In this document: in pieces, positions 20,134 to 29,269 of the stretch
Layout of the letters: every line of letters begins with the position of its first letter
Numbering within the stretch: the first letter of the stretch is position 1
Program-made: the position numbers and the translations under genes
Sequence record: NZ_CP148139.1
Length of the DNA stretch: 64,000 bases
Reading direction: 5' to 3' (one strand)
Source of the DNA: a plasmid
The notes under the pieces: generated by a model
Databases searched by the model: none
Told to the model about the DNA's origin: nothing
The model's input: only the letters and a program-made list of their open reading frames with translations

Positions 20134-20466
20134 CTATCCTATTAACGCCTTTGCTTTAGCTTTTATCTCTGCCAGTTCTGATGCCTCCACTTTGCCCTTT
20201 TTAGTAACTTTACGAGCTCTCCAGTCAACACATGTAACTTGATCCGCTAATGCGTAGCTGTCTCTTTCGTTCGAGAGTTCGCATTCAAATGGATAGCCTT
20301 TGCCTTTAGTTGTACATGGTACGCATAGTAAGAGCCCTACTTTATTATTGTATGCAAAAGGGCTAAGGACAACTGCTGGACGATGACCGCCCTGCTCATG
20401 TCCTTCAACTGGATCAAAGTCAATCCAAATCAAATCGCCAGAATCAGGTACGTATCGAGATACCAT
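20134..20466 (-). CDS. MazF/PemK-family endoribonuclease toxin
   Basis: 110 aa; LIWIDFDPVEGHEQGGHRPAVVLSP...ALADQV typical of MazF/ChpB. Confidence 0.7.
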   Translation of the reverse strand: MVSRYVPDSGDLIWIDFDPVEGHEQGGHRPAVVLSPFAYNNKVGLLLCVPCTTKGKGYPFECELSNERDSYALADQVTCVDWRARKVTKKGKVEASELAEIKAKAKALIG

Positions 20467-20711
20467 TAAATTAATTCCTTACCTGTTCGAGCTCCGAAGT
20501 CTACTTTCTCATGGATATTCTCCGGTGTGATACCGGCTAACAAATTATCTAATGAGTATTCTACCGCTTTAACTGGCGTAATGATGATACGACCTTCTTC
20601 TACCGCTATTTCAACCGTATCATCAACGCTAAGTGCCGCTTTTTGCATGATTGCAACAGGAAGCCGTACAGACGGGCTATTGCCCCATTTTTTTACTGTG
20701 ACCTGAGCCAT
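20466..20711 (-). CDS. MazE/PemI-family antitoxin (SpoVT/AbrB-type)
   Basis: 81 aa; MAQVTVKKWGNSPSVRLP; stop overlaps toxin start. Confidence 0.65.
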   Translation of the reverse strand: MAQVTVKKWGNSPSVRLPVAIMQKAALSVDDTVEIAVEEGRIIITPVKAVEYSLDNLLAGITPENIHEKVDFGARTGKELI

Positions 20712-20785
20712 TTATCACCTCTACAATTCAACGTCCGAGTTTTAATAGTAGCACCCCTATTTAAATGTATCAACATTGTTGATTA

Positions 20786-20848
20786 CAATAAACACATAAA
20801 CACATAAACACATAAACACATAAACACATAAACGCATAAACATATTAG
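20786..20848. repeat. Tandem 8-bp iterons AAACACAT x ~7
   Basis: aaacacataaacacataaacacataaacacataaacacataaacgcataaacata read directly. Confidence 0.8.
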
Positions 20849-20900
20849 CGCATGTGTAACTAACTGATTTCACAAGTTAGGTATGTTTTTCTTATGATTT

Positions 20901-20945
20901 AATGTGTTTTTGCTTAAATACACATTAACACAAATACACATTGAT
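20901..20945. repeat. Additional ACACAT-type repeats upstream of parA
   Basis: aatgtgtttttgcttaaatacacattaacacaaatacacattga. Confidence 0.6.
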
Positions 20946-21003
20946 TATTTTTTGGCTTCCTTAGATAATGAAAAAAACACAAACAAACATATGAGGTTTT
21001 CCA

Positions 21004-21627
21004 GTGAAAGTAATTTCTTTTTTAAATCCGAAAGGCGGCTCTGGAAAAACAACCACCGTCATAAATGTTGCTACTGCTATGCAGAAAGCAGGTTATTCAT
21101 TAGCAGTTGTAGATACAGATCCTCAAATGAGCCTATCTAACTGGTCTAAAGAAGGGAACTGTGATTATGATGTTTTCACCGCCGCCAGTGAGAAAGACGT
21201 TTATAGTATCCGTAAAGATCTAAGTGATTATGATTTTGTCATCGTAGATGGAGCTGGTTCACTTTCTGTCATTACATCAGCAGCGGTTATGGTTAGTGAT
21301 CTAGTTATAATTCCAGTCTCGCCAAGCCCTCTTGATTTTTCCGCAGCCGGTAGTGTTACATCGGTCCTCGAAGCTCAAGCATACAGCCGTAAAGTAGAAG
21401 CTAGATTTCTGATTACTCGTAAAATTGACCAAACAACTATGTTGCAAGTATTAAAAGACAACCTCAAAGATACTGGCTTGCCTTCTTTCAAAACAGCTAT
21501 TTCTCAACGGCAGAGCTATATCAAATCTATTCTAGATGGTAAGAGTATTTTTGAAACTAATGATGGAAATGCAAAAGGCGAGATAGAAATACTAACCAGA
21601 GAAATTTTGACTATTTTTGAGTCATAA
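21004..21627 (+). CDS. parA: ParA partition ATPase (small type Ib, deviant Walker A)
   Basis: 207 aa; MKVISFLNPKGGSGKTTT. Confidence 0.8.
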   Translation: MKVISFLNPKGGSGKTTTVINVATAMQKAGYSLAVVDTDPQMSLSNWSKEGNCDYDVFTAASEKDVYSIRKDLSDYDFVIVDGAGSLSVITSAAVMVSDLVIIPVSPSPLDFSAAGSVTSVLEAQAYSRKVEARFLITRKIDQTTMLQVLKDNLKDTGLPSFKTAISQRQSYIKSILDGKSIFETNDGNAKGEIEILTREILTIFES

Positions 21628-21715
21628 TGTGTATTAACACATTAACACATTAACACATTAACACGAATATATATTTACACAAATGCGCAAAAACACATAA
21701 GCGTATTTGTGTTTT
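21627..21715. repeat. Tandem 8-bp repeats ACACATTA x4 plus degenerate copies downstream of parA
   Basis: tgtgtattaacacattaacacattaacacattaacacgaatat... Confidence 0.75.
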
Positions 21716-21735
21716 GAAATTAAAAGAGATACTTT

Positions 21736-21963
21736 ATGGCACTTAAAAAAGTAAACGAATCAGCAAATTCACAGAAAATGAAATTCGGTAAAAACAGAGA
21801 CTTAGATAAAATTCTTGATAAAAGTACAAAAACCAAACGCATTAATGTAGATCTTGACGAAGATACTCAAATTCGATTCAAAGCTGCATGTGTCAAACGA
21901 AACACCACAATGAAAGAAGTAATATCAGATTATGTTCATCAGTGGCTAAAGGAAAATGAATAG
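21736..21963 (+). CDS. RHH (ParG-like) centromere-binding protein candidate
   Basis: 75 aa; C-terminal INVDLDEDTQIRFKAACVKRNTTMKEVISDYVHQWL ribbon-helix-helix-like; downstream of parA. Confidence 0.5.
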   Translation: MALKKVNESANSQKMKFGKNRDLDKILDKSTKTKRINVDLDEDTQIRFKAACVKRNTTMKEVISDYVHQWLKENE

Positions 21964-22060
21964 GTAGTGGTTTTATAGGGATGATATTTCATCCCTTTTT
22001 ATTGCACTTTTATCTCAATTTCACTAGGTAACATTCAAAATAAAAGTGCCTCATGCTCAA

Positions 22061-22429
22061 TTATTCGAGCCAATCTGGTAGTTTTGGCAATGGTTGTTTT
22101 TTCCACGGCTCTTGCTCTCCAAGATCCCAAATTTCAGTGTTGTATGTCCCTGTTCCACCAAAATCAAAGCATGGTCGTAACTGCGATATGTAGCAGTATG
22201 CGAGAAAGCCGTTCTCTCTCTTGCGTACCAATTCAGTCCAACCGACCGCGTATATATCTTGCAGATATCCTTCCCAAGCAAACAGTACACCGGTATTGCT
22301 CCAATGTTCTAACTCAGGATAAAACTTTCTTATTTCCTTTATAAAATCAATCACGTCACTATTGAATTCATTATCTGGACATGGATTATTGGGGTTCCGT
22401 TGGAACGTATCTTCTTTAAAAACAAACAT
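22061..22429 (-). CDS. Hypothetical protein
   Basis: 122 aa ORF. Confidence 0.35.
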   Translation of the reverse strand: MFVFKEDTFQRNPNNPCPDNEFNSDVIDFIKEIRKFYPELEHWSNTGVLFAWEGYLQDIYAVGWTELVRKRENGFLAYCYISQLRPCFDFGGTGTYNTEIWDLGEQEPWKKQPLPKLPDWLE

Positions 22430-22544
22430 GATCCGGTCCTCTACTCTAACTGGCAGTGTTTTTGCCTTTCATTATTGTTTGTGTAATTTAATCTTCACCT
22501 AGATATTAGGCTAATGGTCTATAAAAACCTAAAACATCCTCACT

Positions 22545-22640
22545 CGTGTAAATACACATAAACACATACGTGTTTTTGTGATTAACTCCACACAAACACA
22601 CATTATACACATACACACATAGGTGTGTATGTGTATAATT
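22545..22640. repeat. Cluster of ACACAT-type repeats including a 34-bp near-perfect palindrome (22604-22637)
   Basis: tatacacatacacacataggtgtgtatgtgtata (one mismatch from perfect dyad). Confidence 0.7.
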
Positions 22641-22690
22641 GTTTTTGCCATACGTTATATGATTATAATAAGTACCAACACTAGGGTTAT

Positions 22691-22716
22691 AACGCCACAT
22701 TGTGGCGTTTTTTTTA
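22691..22716 (+). terminator. Rho-independent terminator (plus strand)
   Basis: aacgccacattgtggcgtt followed by TTTTTTTT. Confidence 0.55.
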
Positions 22717-22762
22717 TTGGTGTGGTAGAGGGATTTTTGATTTAGATGTAGTGAGATTGTAT

Positions 22763-23239
22763 TCACTTTTGTATTTTAAAACTAAAAGTGTAATCCAGTA
22801 TGTATGCAATGATAGGAATTACAAAAACGAAGTGTAAGATATAAGACGTAAATAAAAAATCAGATATCATTACTGAATTATTTCTGTAATTAATAGCTTG
22901 ATATCCATTAAAATACCAAACAATAATATTAATTATGTAGGGTATTACAAAGTATAAGATAAAACGGTGTTTTTTGTTAAATTTAACATTTTTAATGAAA
23001 AATGTCGTTGCCAATGTAAGAAGAATTAGATAACAAAAAAATGAATATGATAGCAATTTCTGTATTTCAATAACTATTTTAGAATTTACAGAATGGGGGT
23101 AAAGTTTAAAAAAGTATTCATGCACCGTTTCTAAGTAAAAAAGAACAATACTTATAAACAGTGATATTAACGGGATAAAAAAATTAGATTTAATAAGCAC
23201 CTGATATGACCCCCCCGCGTTTTGGGTAATGTAGGTCAA
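22763..23239 (-). CDS. Polytopic membrane protein
   Basis: 158 aa, 4 TM. Confidence 0.35.
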   Translation of the reverse strand: MTYITQNAGGSYQVLIKSNFFIPLISLFISIVLFYLETVHEYFFKLYPHSVNSKIVIEIQKLLSYSFFCYLILLTLATTFFIKNVKFNKKHRFILYFVIPYIINIIVWYFNGYQAINYRNNSVMISDFLFTSYILHFVFVIPIIAYILDYTFSFKIQK

Positions 23240-23774
23240 TTAATTTCTCTCTGAAATTCCAAGGATCTTCGCGGAAGAAAATCTTTTTATCCAAAGAGTT
23301 AAATATACCGCCACTGTCTTTAAGTATATAAAACACTGTTTCTGAACACATAGCCCATCCAGCTCCGCCATGTTCAAATATTAACTCTTTTATTTTTTCT
23401 GCTTGAACTCTAGGCACTACAAATTCAATTATCTGAACGTCTGGACCATCCCACAACTGAAAAGAAAGGTAATCATCCCAATTAAACTCAGGATATTGGA
23501 AAAATTCACCTGAACTACGTGGCGCTCGTAATTCTTCAATATTATTATAGCACTCTCTGGAAGGGCACTCAGAGTATCCCCCTGATGGGTCATACAAAAG
23601 AGCATCTTCACCTTCTCCAACCACTATACCTGTATGCCCAATCCCCCAATTGTAATTAACAACTATAAAGATTTTAACTGGATCATCTATTAATGAATCA
23701 CGGTAAGGGTCTGGTGAACTTACGATGGGAACGTTGAATCGATTAAAGTACACATCATTTATTTTCATTGTCAT
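23190..23774 (-). CDS. Hypothetical protein (possible permuted papain-like fold: His-containing GHTGIVVGE before AMCSE)
   Basis: 194 aa ORF; motif-level guess only. Confidence 0.3.
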   Translation of the reverse strand: MTMKINDVYFNRFNVPIVSSPDPYRDSLIDDPVKIFIVVNYNWGIGHTGIVVGEGEDALLYDPSGGYSECPSRECYNNIEELRAPRSSGEFFQYPEFNWDDYLSFQLWDGPDVQIIEFVVPRVQAEKIKELIFEHGGAGWAMCSETVFYILKDSGGIFNSLDKKIFFREDPWNFREKLIDLHYPKRGGVISGAY

Positions 23775-23960
23775 ACCTACATGACTGATTCATTTCTGAT
23801 GCTATATCCTGAAGTGTTAGCAGTATTATGTGTGCAAGTAATGCTTTCATATATTATTGAAACTTTTTCAAATGGTTGCATTTCATTTTCAGTTAATGAG
23901 TTCGGCGACTCATTTGTAAGACGGATGATTGATGCTTTAGTAAGCAAAATCTTTTTGTAA

Positions 23961-24780
23961 GGCACTGTTGCAAAGTTAGCGATGAGGCAGCCTTTTGTCT
24001 TATTCAAAGGCCTTACATTTCAAAAACTCTGCTTACCAGGCGCATTTCGCCCAGGGGATCACCATAATAAAATGCTGAGGCCTGGCCTTTGCGTAGTGCA
24101 CGCATCACCTCAATACCTTTGATGGTGGCGTAAGCCGTCTTCATGGATTTAAATCCCAGCGTGGCGCCGATTATCCGTTTCAGTTTGCCATGATCGCATT
24201 CAATCACGTTGTTCCGGTACTTAATCTGTCGGTGTTCAACGTCAGACGGGCACCGGCCTTCGCGTTTGAGCAGAGCAAGCGCGCGACCATAGGCGGGCGC
24301 TTTATCCGTGTTGATGAATCGCGGGATCTGCCACTTCTTCACGTTGTTGAGGATTTTACCCAGAAACCGGTATGCAGCTTTGCTGTTACGACGGGAGGAG
24401 AGATAAAAATCGACAGTGCGGCCCCGGCTGTCGACGGCCCGGTACAGATACGCCCAGCGGCCATTGACCTTCACGTAGGTTTCATCCATGTGCCACGGGC
24501 AAAGATCGGAAGGGTTACGCCAGTACCAGCGCAGCCGTTTTTCCATTTCAGGCGCATAACGCTGAACCCAGCGGTAAATCGTGGAGTGATCGACATTCAC
24601 TCCGCGTTCAGCCAGCATCTCCTGCAGCTCACGGTAACTGATGCCGTATTTGCAGTACCAGCGTACGGCCCACAGAATGATGTCACGCTGAAAATGCCGG
24701 CCTTTGAATGGGTTCATGTGCAGCTCCATCAGCAAAAGGGGATGATAAGTTTATCACCACCGACTATTTGCAACAGTGCC
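23961..24780 (-). mobile_element. IS26 copy 1 (820 bp, 14-bp terminal IRs GGCACTGTTGCAAA)
   Basis: IRs read at both ends; encloses tnp26. Confidence 0.95.
24013..24735 (-). CDS. tnpA: IS26 transposase Tnp26 (IS6 family)
   Basis: 240 aa MLMELHMNPFKGRHFQRDIILWAVRWYCKYG... Confidence 0.95.
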   Translation of the reverse strand: MLMELHMNPFKGRHFQRDIILWAVRWYCKYGISYRELQEMLAERGVNVDHSTIYRWVQRYAPEMEKRLRWYWRNPSDLCPWHMDETYVKVNGRWAYLYRAVDSRGRTVDFYLSSRRNSKAAYRFLGKILNNVKKWQIPRFINTDKAPAYGRALALLKREGRCPSDVEHRQIKYRNNVIECDHGKLKRIIGATLGFKSMKTAYATIKGIEVMRALRKGQASAFYYGDPLGEMRLVSRVFEM

Positions 24781-24867
24781 CTCTGATGTTACATTGCACA
24801 AGATAAAAATATATCATCATGAACAATAAAACTGTCTGCTTACATAAACAGTAATACAAGGGGTGTT

Positions 24868-25683
24868 ATGAGCCATATTCAACGGGAAACGTCTTGCTCG
24901 AGGCCGCGATTAAATTCCAACATGGATGCTGATTTATATGGGTATAAATGGGCTCGCGATAATGTCGGGCAATCAGGTGCGACAATCTATCGATTGTATG
25001 GGAAGCCCGATGCGCCAGAGTTGTTTCTGAAACATGGCAAAGGTAGCGTTGCCAATGATGTTACAGATGAGATGGTCAGACTAAACTGGCTGACGGAATT
25101 TATGCCTCTTCCGACCATCAAGCATTTTATCCGTACTCCTGATGATGCATGGTTACTCACCACTGCGATCCCCGGGAAAACAGCATTCCAGGTATTAGAA
25201 GAATATCCTGATTCAGGTGAAAATATTGTTGATGCGCTGGCAGTGTTCCTGCGCCGGTTGCATTCGATTCCTGTTTGTAATTGTCCTTTTAACAGCGATC
25301 GCGTATTTCGTCTCGCTCAGGCGCAATCACGAATGAATAACGGTTTGGTTGATGCGAGTGATTTTGATGACGAGCGTAATGGCTGGCCTGTTGAACAAGT
25401 CTGGAAAGAAATGCATAAGCTTTTGCCATTCTCACCGGATTCAGTCGTCACTCATGGTGATTTCTCACTTGATAACCTTATTTTTGACGAGGGGAAATTA
25501 ATAGGTTGTATTGATGTTGGACGAGTCGGAATCGCAGACCGATACCAGGATCTTGCCATCCTATGGAACTGCCTCGGTGAGTTTTCTCCTTCATTACAGA
25601 AACGGCTTTTTCAAAAATATGGTATTGATAATCCTGATATGAATAAATTGCAGTTTCATTTGATGCTCGATGAGTTTTTCTAA
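24868..25683 (+). CDS. aphA1: Aminoglycoside 3'-phosphotransferase APH(3')-Ia (kanamycin/neomycin resistance)
   Basis: 271 aa MSHIQRETSCSRPRLNSNMDADLYGYKWARDNVGQSGATIYRL...; lies in the 1,040-bp Tn903-derived central segment between two direct IS26 copies (Tn4352, 23961-26640 = 2,680 bp). Confidence 0.95.
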   Translation: MSHIQRETSCSRPRLNSNMDADLYGYKWARDNVGQSGATIYRLYGKPDAPELFLKHGKGSVANDVTDEMVRLNWLTEFMPLPTIKHFIRTPDDAWLLTTAIPGKTAFQVLEEYPDSGENIVDALAVFLRRLHSIPVCNCPFNSDRVFRLAQAQSRMNNGLVDASDFDDERNGWPVEQVWKEMHKLLPFSPDSVVTHGDFSLDNLIFDEGKLIGCIDVGRVGIADRYQDLAILWNCLGEFSPSLQKRLFQKYGIDNPDMNKLQFHLMLDEFF

Positions 25684-25820
25684 TCAGAATTGGTTAATTG
25701 GTTGTAACACTGGCAGAGCATTACGCTGACTTGACGGGACGGCGCTTCCCTACCCTCATGGCCGCCTCCCAGGAATCGACCCAGGTGCTTATCGTGGACA
25801 TAATCCTTTACTCATAAATT

Positions 25821-26640
25821 GGCACTGTTGCAAAGTTAGCGATGAGGCAGCCTTTTGTCTTATTCAAAGGCCTTACATTTCAAAAACTCTGCTTACCAGG
25901 CGCATTTCGCCCAGGGGATCACCATAATAAAATGCTGAGGCCTGGCCTTTGCGTAGTGCACGCATCACCTCAATACCTTTGATGGTGGCGTAAGCCGTCT
26001 TCATGGATTTAAATCCCAGCGTGGCGCCGATTATCCGTTTCAGTTTGCCATGATCGCATTCAATCACGTTGTTCCGGTACTTAATCTGTCGGTGTTCAAC
26101 GTCAGACGGGCACCGGCCTTCGCGTTTGAGCAGAGCAAGCGCGCGACCATAGGCGGGCGCTTTATCCGTGTTGATGAATCGCGGGATCTGCCACTTCTTC
26201 ACGTTGTTGAGGATTTTACCCAGAAACCGGTATGCAGCTTTGCTGTTACGACGGGAGGAGAGATAAAAATCGACAGTGCGGCCCCGGCTGTCGACGGCCC
26301 GGTACAGATACGCCCAGCGGCCATTGACCTTCACGTAGGTTTCATCCATGTGCCACGGGCAAAGATCGGAAGGGTTACGCCAGTACCAGCGCAGCCGTTT
26401 TTCCATTTCAGGCGCATAACGCTGAACCCAGCGGTAAATCGTGGAGTGATCGACATTCACTCCGCGTTCAGCCAGCATCTCCTGCAGCTCACGGTAACTG
26501 ATGCCGTATTTGCAGTACCAGCGTACGGCCCACAGAATGATGTCACGCTGAAAATGCCGGCCTTTGAATGGGTTCATGTGCAGCTCCATCAGCAAAAGGG
26601 GATGATAAGTTTATCACCACCGACTATTTGCAACAGTGCC
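25821..26640 (-). mobile_element. IS26 copy 2 (direct orientation relative to copy 1)
   Basis: 820 bp, identical IRs; tnp26 25873-26595. Confidence 0.95.
25873..26595 (-). CDS. tnpA: IS26 transposase
   Basis: Identical 240-aa product. Confidence 0.95.
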   Translation of the reverse strand: MLMELHMNPFKGRHFQRDIILWAVRWYCKYGISYRELQEMLAERGVNVDHSTIYRWVQRYAPEMEKRLRWYWRNPSDLCPWHMDETYVKVNGRWAYLYRAVDSRGRTVDFYLSSRRNSKAAYRFLGKILNNVKKWQIPRFINTDKAPAYGRALALLKREGRCPSDVEHRQIKYRNNVIECDHGKLKRIIGATLGFKSMKTAYATIKGIEVMRALRKGQASAFYYGDPLGEMRLVSRVFEM

Positions 26641-26995
26641 GGGGTTCCTCAGATGCGGCATACAGCTTCGCCATTAGTTCCGCTGCAATTTCGGTCGCCT
26701 GGTAGTCGCCGTGCTCGGCAACGATGTGAGAGAGCATTCGCTCCCCGGCATATTCGAGCAACATCAGATTGTTCTCACGACCGAGCAACCGGACTGCTCC
26801 CCTCCCATTGCGCCATACCAGATAGTCGGCCCCGCGCAGTTCATCAGCAATGTCTTCTATAGGTTTCAATCCCTTGACGATTGCAGGAGTCCCGTCTGGC
26901 AATGAAACTTTCCAAACGAGGCTGGAAAAGGTGTCCGCAATGAGAACAGGTTGCGAAACGTGCCAATGAGCAGGAAAAACAGGCGGCATGAACAT
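26641..26995 (-). pseudogene. strB: strB (aph(6)-Id) 5' part, 3'-truncated by IS26 after ~codon 118
   Basis: MFMPPVFPAHWHVSQPVLIADTF...AASEEP then reads into IS26 IR; ORF track 26624-27004. Confidence 0.85.
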
Positions 26996-27798
26996 CAACC
27001 CCAAGTCAGAGGGTCCAATCGCAGATAGAAGGCAAGGCGTTCGCGGTCGGGGGCTTCGATCCCCAATACATTGAATAGGACAGCGAAGGCGCGCTCTGCT
27101 TCATCTGGCGCTGCCCAGTTCTCTTCGGCGTTAGCAATCATGAGTGCCAAATCGGCATAGCGATCTGCTGTTCCGAGCCGCCCAAGGTCGATCAGACCCG
27201 TGCATTGAAGAGTTTTAGGGTCCACCATGAAGTTCGGCATGCAGGGATCACCATGGCAAACAACCATATCGGTGCGCTCTTGGTCGAGCCGCACCGGTAG
27301 CTCTCGTTCGACACGAGCCAAAAGATCGAGCTGCGGCGTACTCTTGTCCTCGTCCGGTAAGAAGTCGGGATTGACGGCATTGCGGGACACCACATCAACG
27401 GCGCGTCCGAACATTCGCGACAGCCTGCGCTCAAACGGACATTGATCAACCGATAGGCTGTGAACAGCGCCAAGTTGCTGCCCCATTGACGGCCACGCTT
27501 TGAGCAAATCCGCTCCAGACAGATCAGCCGCCGGTACTCCCGGAATTGCCGTTATCACCAAGCATGCACCCTCCTGTTCCTCCTGCCAGTTGATCACCTC
27601 GGGGCAAGCCACACCTCGACCTTTGAGCCAAATGAGGCGGTCACGCTCTCCAGCGAGCTCACCGCGGCGGGAAGCAGGTGCGATTTTCGCGAAGGCATGC
27701 CCGTCACCACGTCGAAAAACAAAATCACCAGATTCTCCGCCTCTGACAGGCAACCAGTCAGAATGCGATTCACCAAAAAAAATATTAGTTCGATTCAA
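26995..27798 (-). CDS. strA: Aminoglycoside 3''-phosphotransferase APH(3'')-Ib (streptomycin resistance), copy 1
   Basis: 267 aa MNRTNIFFGESHSDWLPVRGGESGDF...LDPLTWG; the ORF track extends the N-terminus to 27981 but the identical copy 2 (30277-31080) begins at MNRTNIFF. Confidence 0.9.
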   Translation of the reverse strand: MNRTNIFFGESHSDWLPVRGGESGDFVFRRGDGHAFAKIAPASRRGELAGERDRLIWLKGRGVACPEVINWQEEQEGACLVITAIPGVPAADLSGADLLKAWPSMGQQLGAVHSLSVDQCPFERRLSRMFGRAVDVVSRNAVNPDFLPDEDKSTPQLDLLARVERELPVRLDQERTDMVVCHGDPCMPNFMVDPKTLQCTGLIDLGRLGTADRYADLALMIANAEENWAAPDEAERAFAVLFNVLGIEAPDRERLAFYLRLDPLTWG

Positions 27799-27852
27799 TG
27801 GAGGTTCCTTCAGTTTTCTGATGAAGCGCGGAGGTGGCTCAACCTGCGAAAA

Positions 27853-28645
27853 GAGGTGGTGTTTCAAAAAGTATGCTGAAACAAAGCAGGTTGAATTTTG
27901 ATAAAATAGAGAAATGCGAATAACTCTAGAAATCAAATGTCCAACCTGCCTCAGTGACAGTATAAAGAAAAATGGCATCAAAGTAGATGGGAAACAAAAC
28001 TATCAGTGCAAAGACTGTAAACGTCAGTTTATTGGTGACCATGCTCTGAGCTATCTAGGATGTCATTCAGGCATTACTCGAAAAATATTACAGTTGATGG
28101 TCAGAGGTAGTGGTATACGAGATATCGCTGAAGTTGAGCGAATCAGTATCGGTAAAGTTTTACGTACTTTAACCGAATCGACCTACCAAATTCAGCCTAA
28201 ACAAAGTCATTATGAGTCTCTTGAAGTTGATGAGTTTTGGACTTTTGTGGGAAATAAAAATAATAAACAATGGCTTATTTACGCCTACCATCGAGAAACA
28301 GGTGAGATTGTTGCTTATGTTTGGGGTAAAAGAGACTTAGCTACAGTTCAACGATTGAAGGCAAAGCTTAAACAATTAGGTATTCACTACACCCGAATTG
28401 CAAGTGATCATTGGGACAGTTTCATAACTGCTTTTAAAAACTGCAAGCAAAGTATTGGTAAATTTTTTACTGTAGGTATTGAAGGTAATAATTGCAAAAT
28501 AAGGCATCGAATTAGGCGCGGTTTTAGAAGGAGTTGTAATTTTTCAAAAAAGATTGAAAACCATTTTAAAGCTTTCGACTTAACCTTTTTTTACATCAAT
28601 AATGGCTTCATTTAATGTCAGCATACTTTTTGAAACACCACCCAA
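27853..28645 (+). mobile_element. IS1-family insertion sequence with single fused InsAB-type transposase (793 bp, 25-bp IRs GGTGGTGTTTCAAAAAGTATGCTGA); ISAba3-like is my guess
   Basis: Inverted repeats read at 27853-27877 and 28621-28645; encodes 233-aa protein with N-terminal Zn-finger CPTC...CKDC like IS1 InsA. Confidence 0.7.
27914..28615 (+). CDS. IS1-family transposase (fused InsA-InsB type)
   Basis: 233 aa MRITLEIKCPTCLSDSIKKNGIKVDGKQNYQCKDCKRQF...; compare IS1 Ins[41 protein letters not shown] at 55182. Confidence 0.75.
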   Translation: MRITLEIKCPTCLSDSIKKNGIKVDGKQNYQCKDCKRQFIGDHALSYLGCHSGITRKILQLMVRGSGIRDIAEVERISIGKVLRTLTESTYQIQPKQSHYESLEVDEFWTFVGNKNNKQWLIYAYHRETGEIVAYVWGKRDLATVQRLKAKLKQLGIHYTRIASDHWDSFITAFKNCKQSIGKFFTVGIEGNNCKIRHRIRRGFRRSCNFSKKIENHFKAFDLTFFYINNGFI

Positions 28646-29269
28646 AAATTATGTTTAAACCTATATAAGAAAACACGTTAGGCTTCTTTTATAAGACATT
28701 TTTAAAATGATAAATCAACATAAAAGCCCCTCATCCTCGCCTTCTTTCAAAGTGAGAAGTCGATTTCAATAGTAATATGAATCACTCATTATAAACATTC
28801 ATTCAGTTTAGAAATAATCTAGAGATATTATGATTAACAGCAGAATTATCGATAAAACCAAATAAGTATTGATATTATTAAAGCTCTTAAGATAATTTAA
28901 CATGCGTCATTTTCCATAAGAATTTAATAAAATACTATATGGCTGACGGATAGATAAAAGACTAGGAAAAGAAAAGCAGACAAAAAAATACCATCGATAA
29001 TAAAATTGGTTAAAAATGTTGCACGATGAAATTTAAATAAACTTGTAAAGCTAATAAATTAACAATTTTATATTCAAAAAAACTTAAATCACAAGTTAAG
29101 CTAATAAACAGCTTTAGCTATTTTAAATAAGTTTATTTTAAAAACCAAAACTTGGATTCATTGGTGATATAAAACTTTAAATCAGTAGCTCCACTAACTT
29201 CTTTCACTTATTTATTTAAAACTTAGCGACTTAAAAAGATAACTAAGTATTTTTAGATATTGCTTGGAA

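Noticed and set aside
20786-20848. Short tandem repeats that could superficially suggest a CRISPR array
   Set aside because: Units are 8 bp with no intervening spacers and no cas genes nearby. They are iterons/centromere-like repeats around parA.
26995-27981. ORF-track 328-aa product extending strA upstream by 61 codons
   Set aside because: The identical strA copy at 30277-31080 starts at MNRTNIFF (267 aa), as does the known protein. The extension is read-through of an open frame into the IS1-family element flank.
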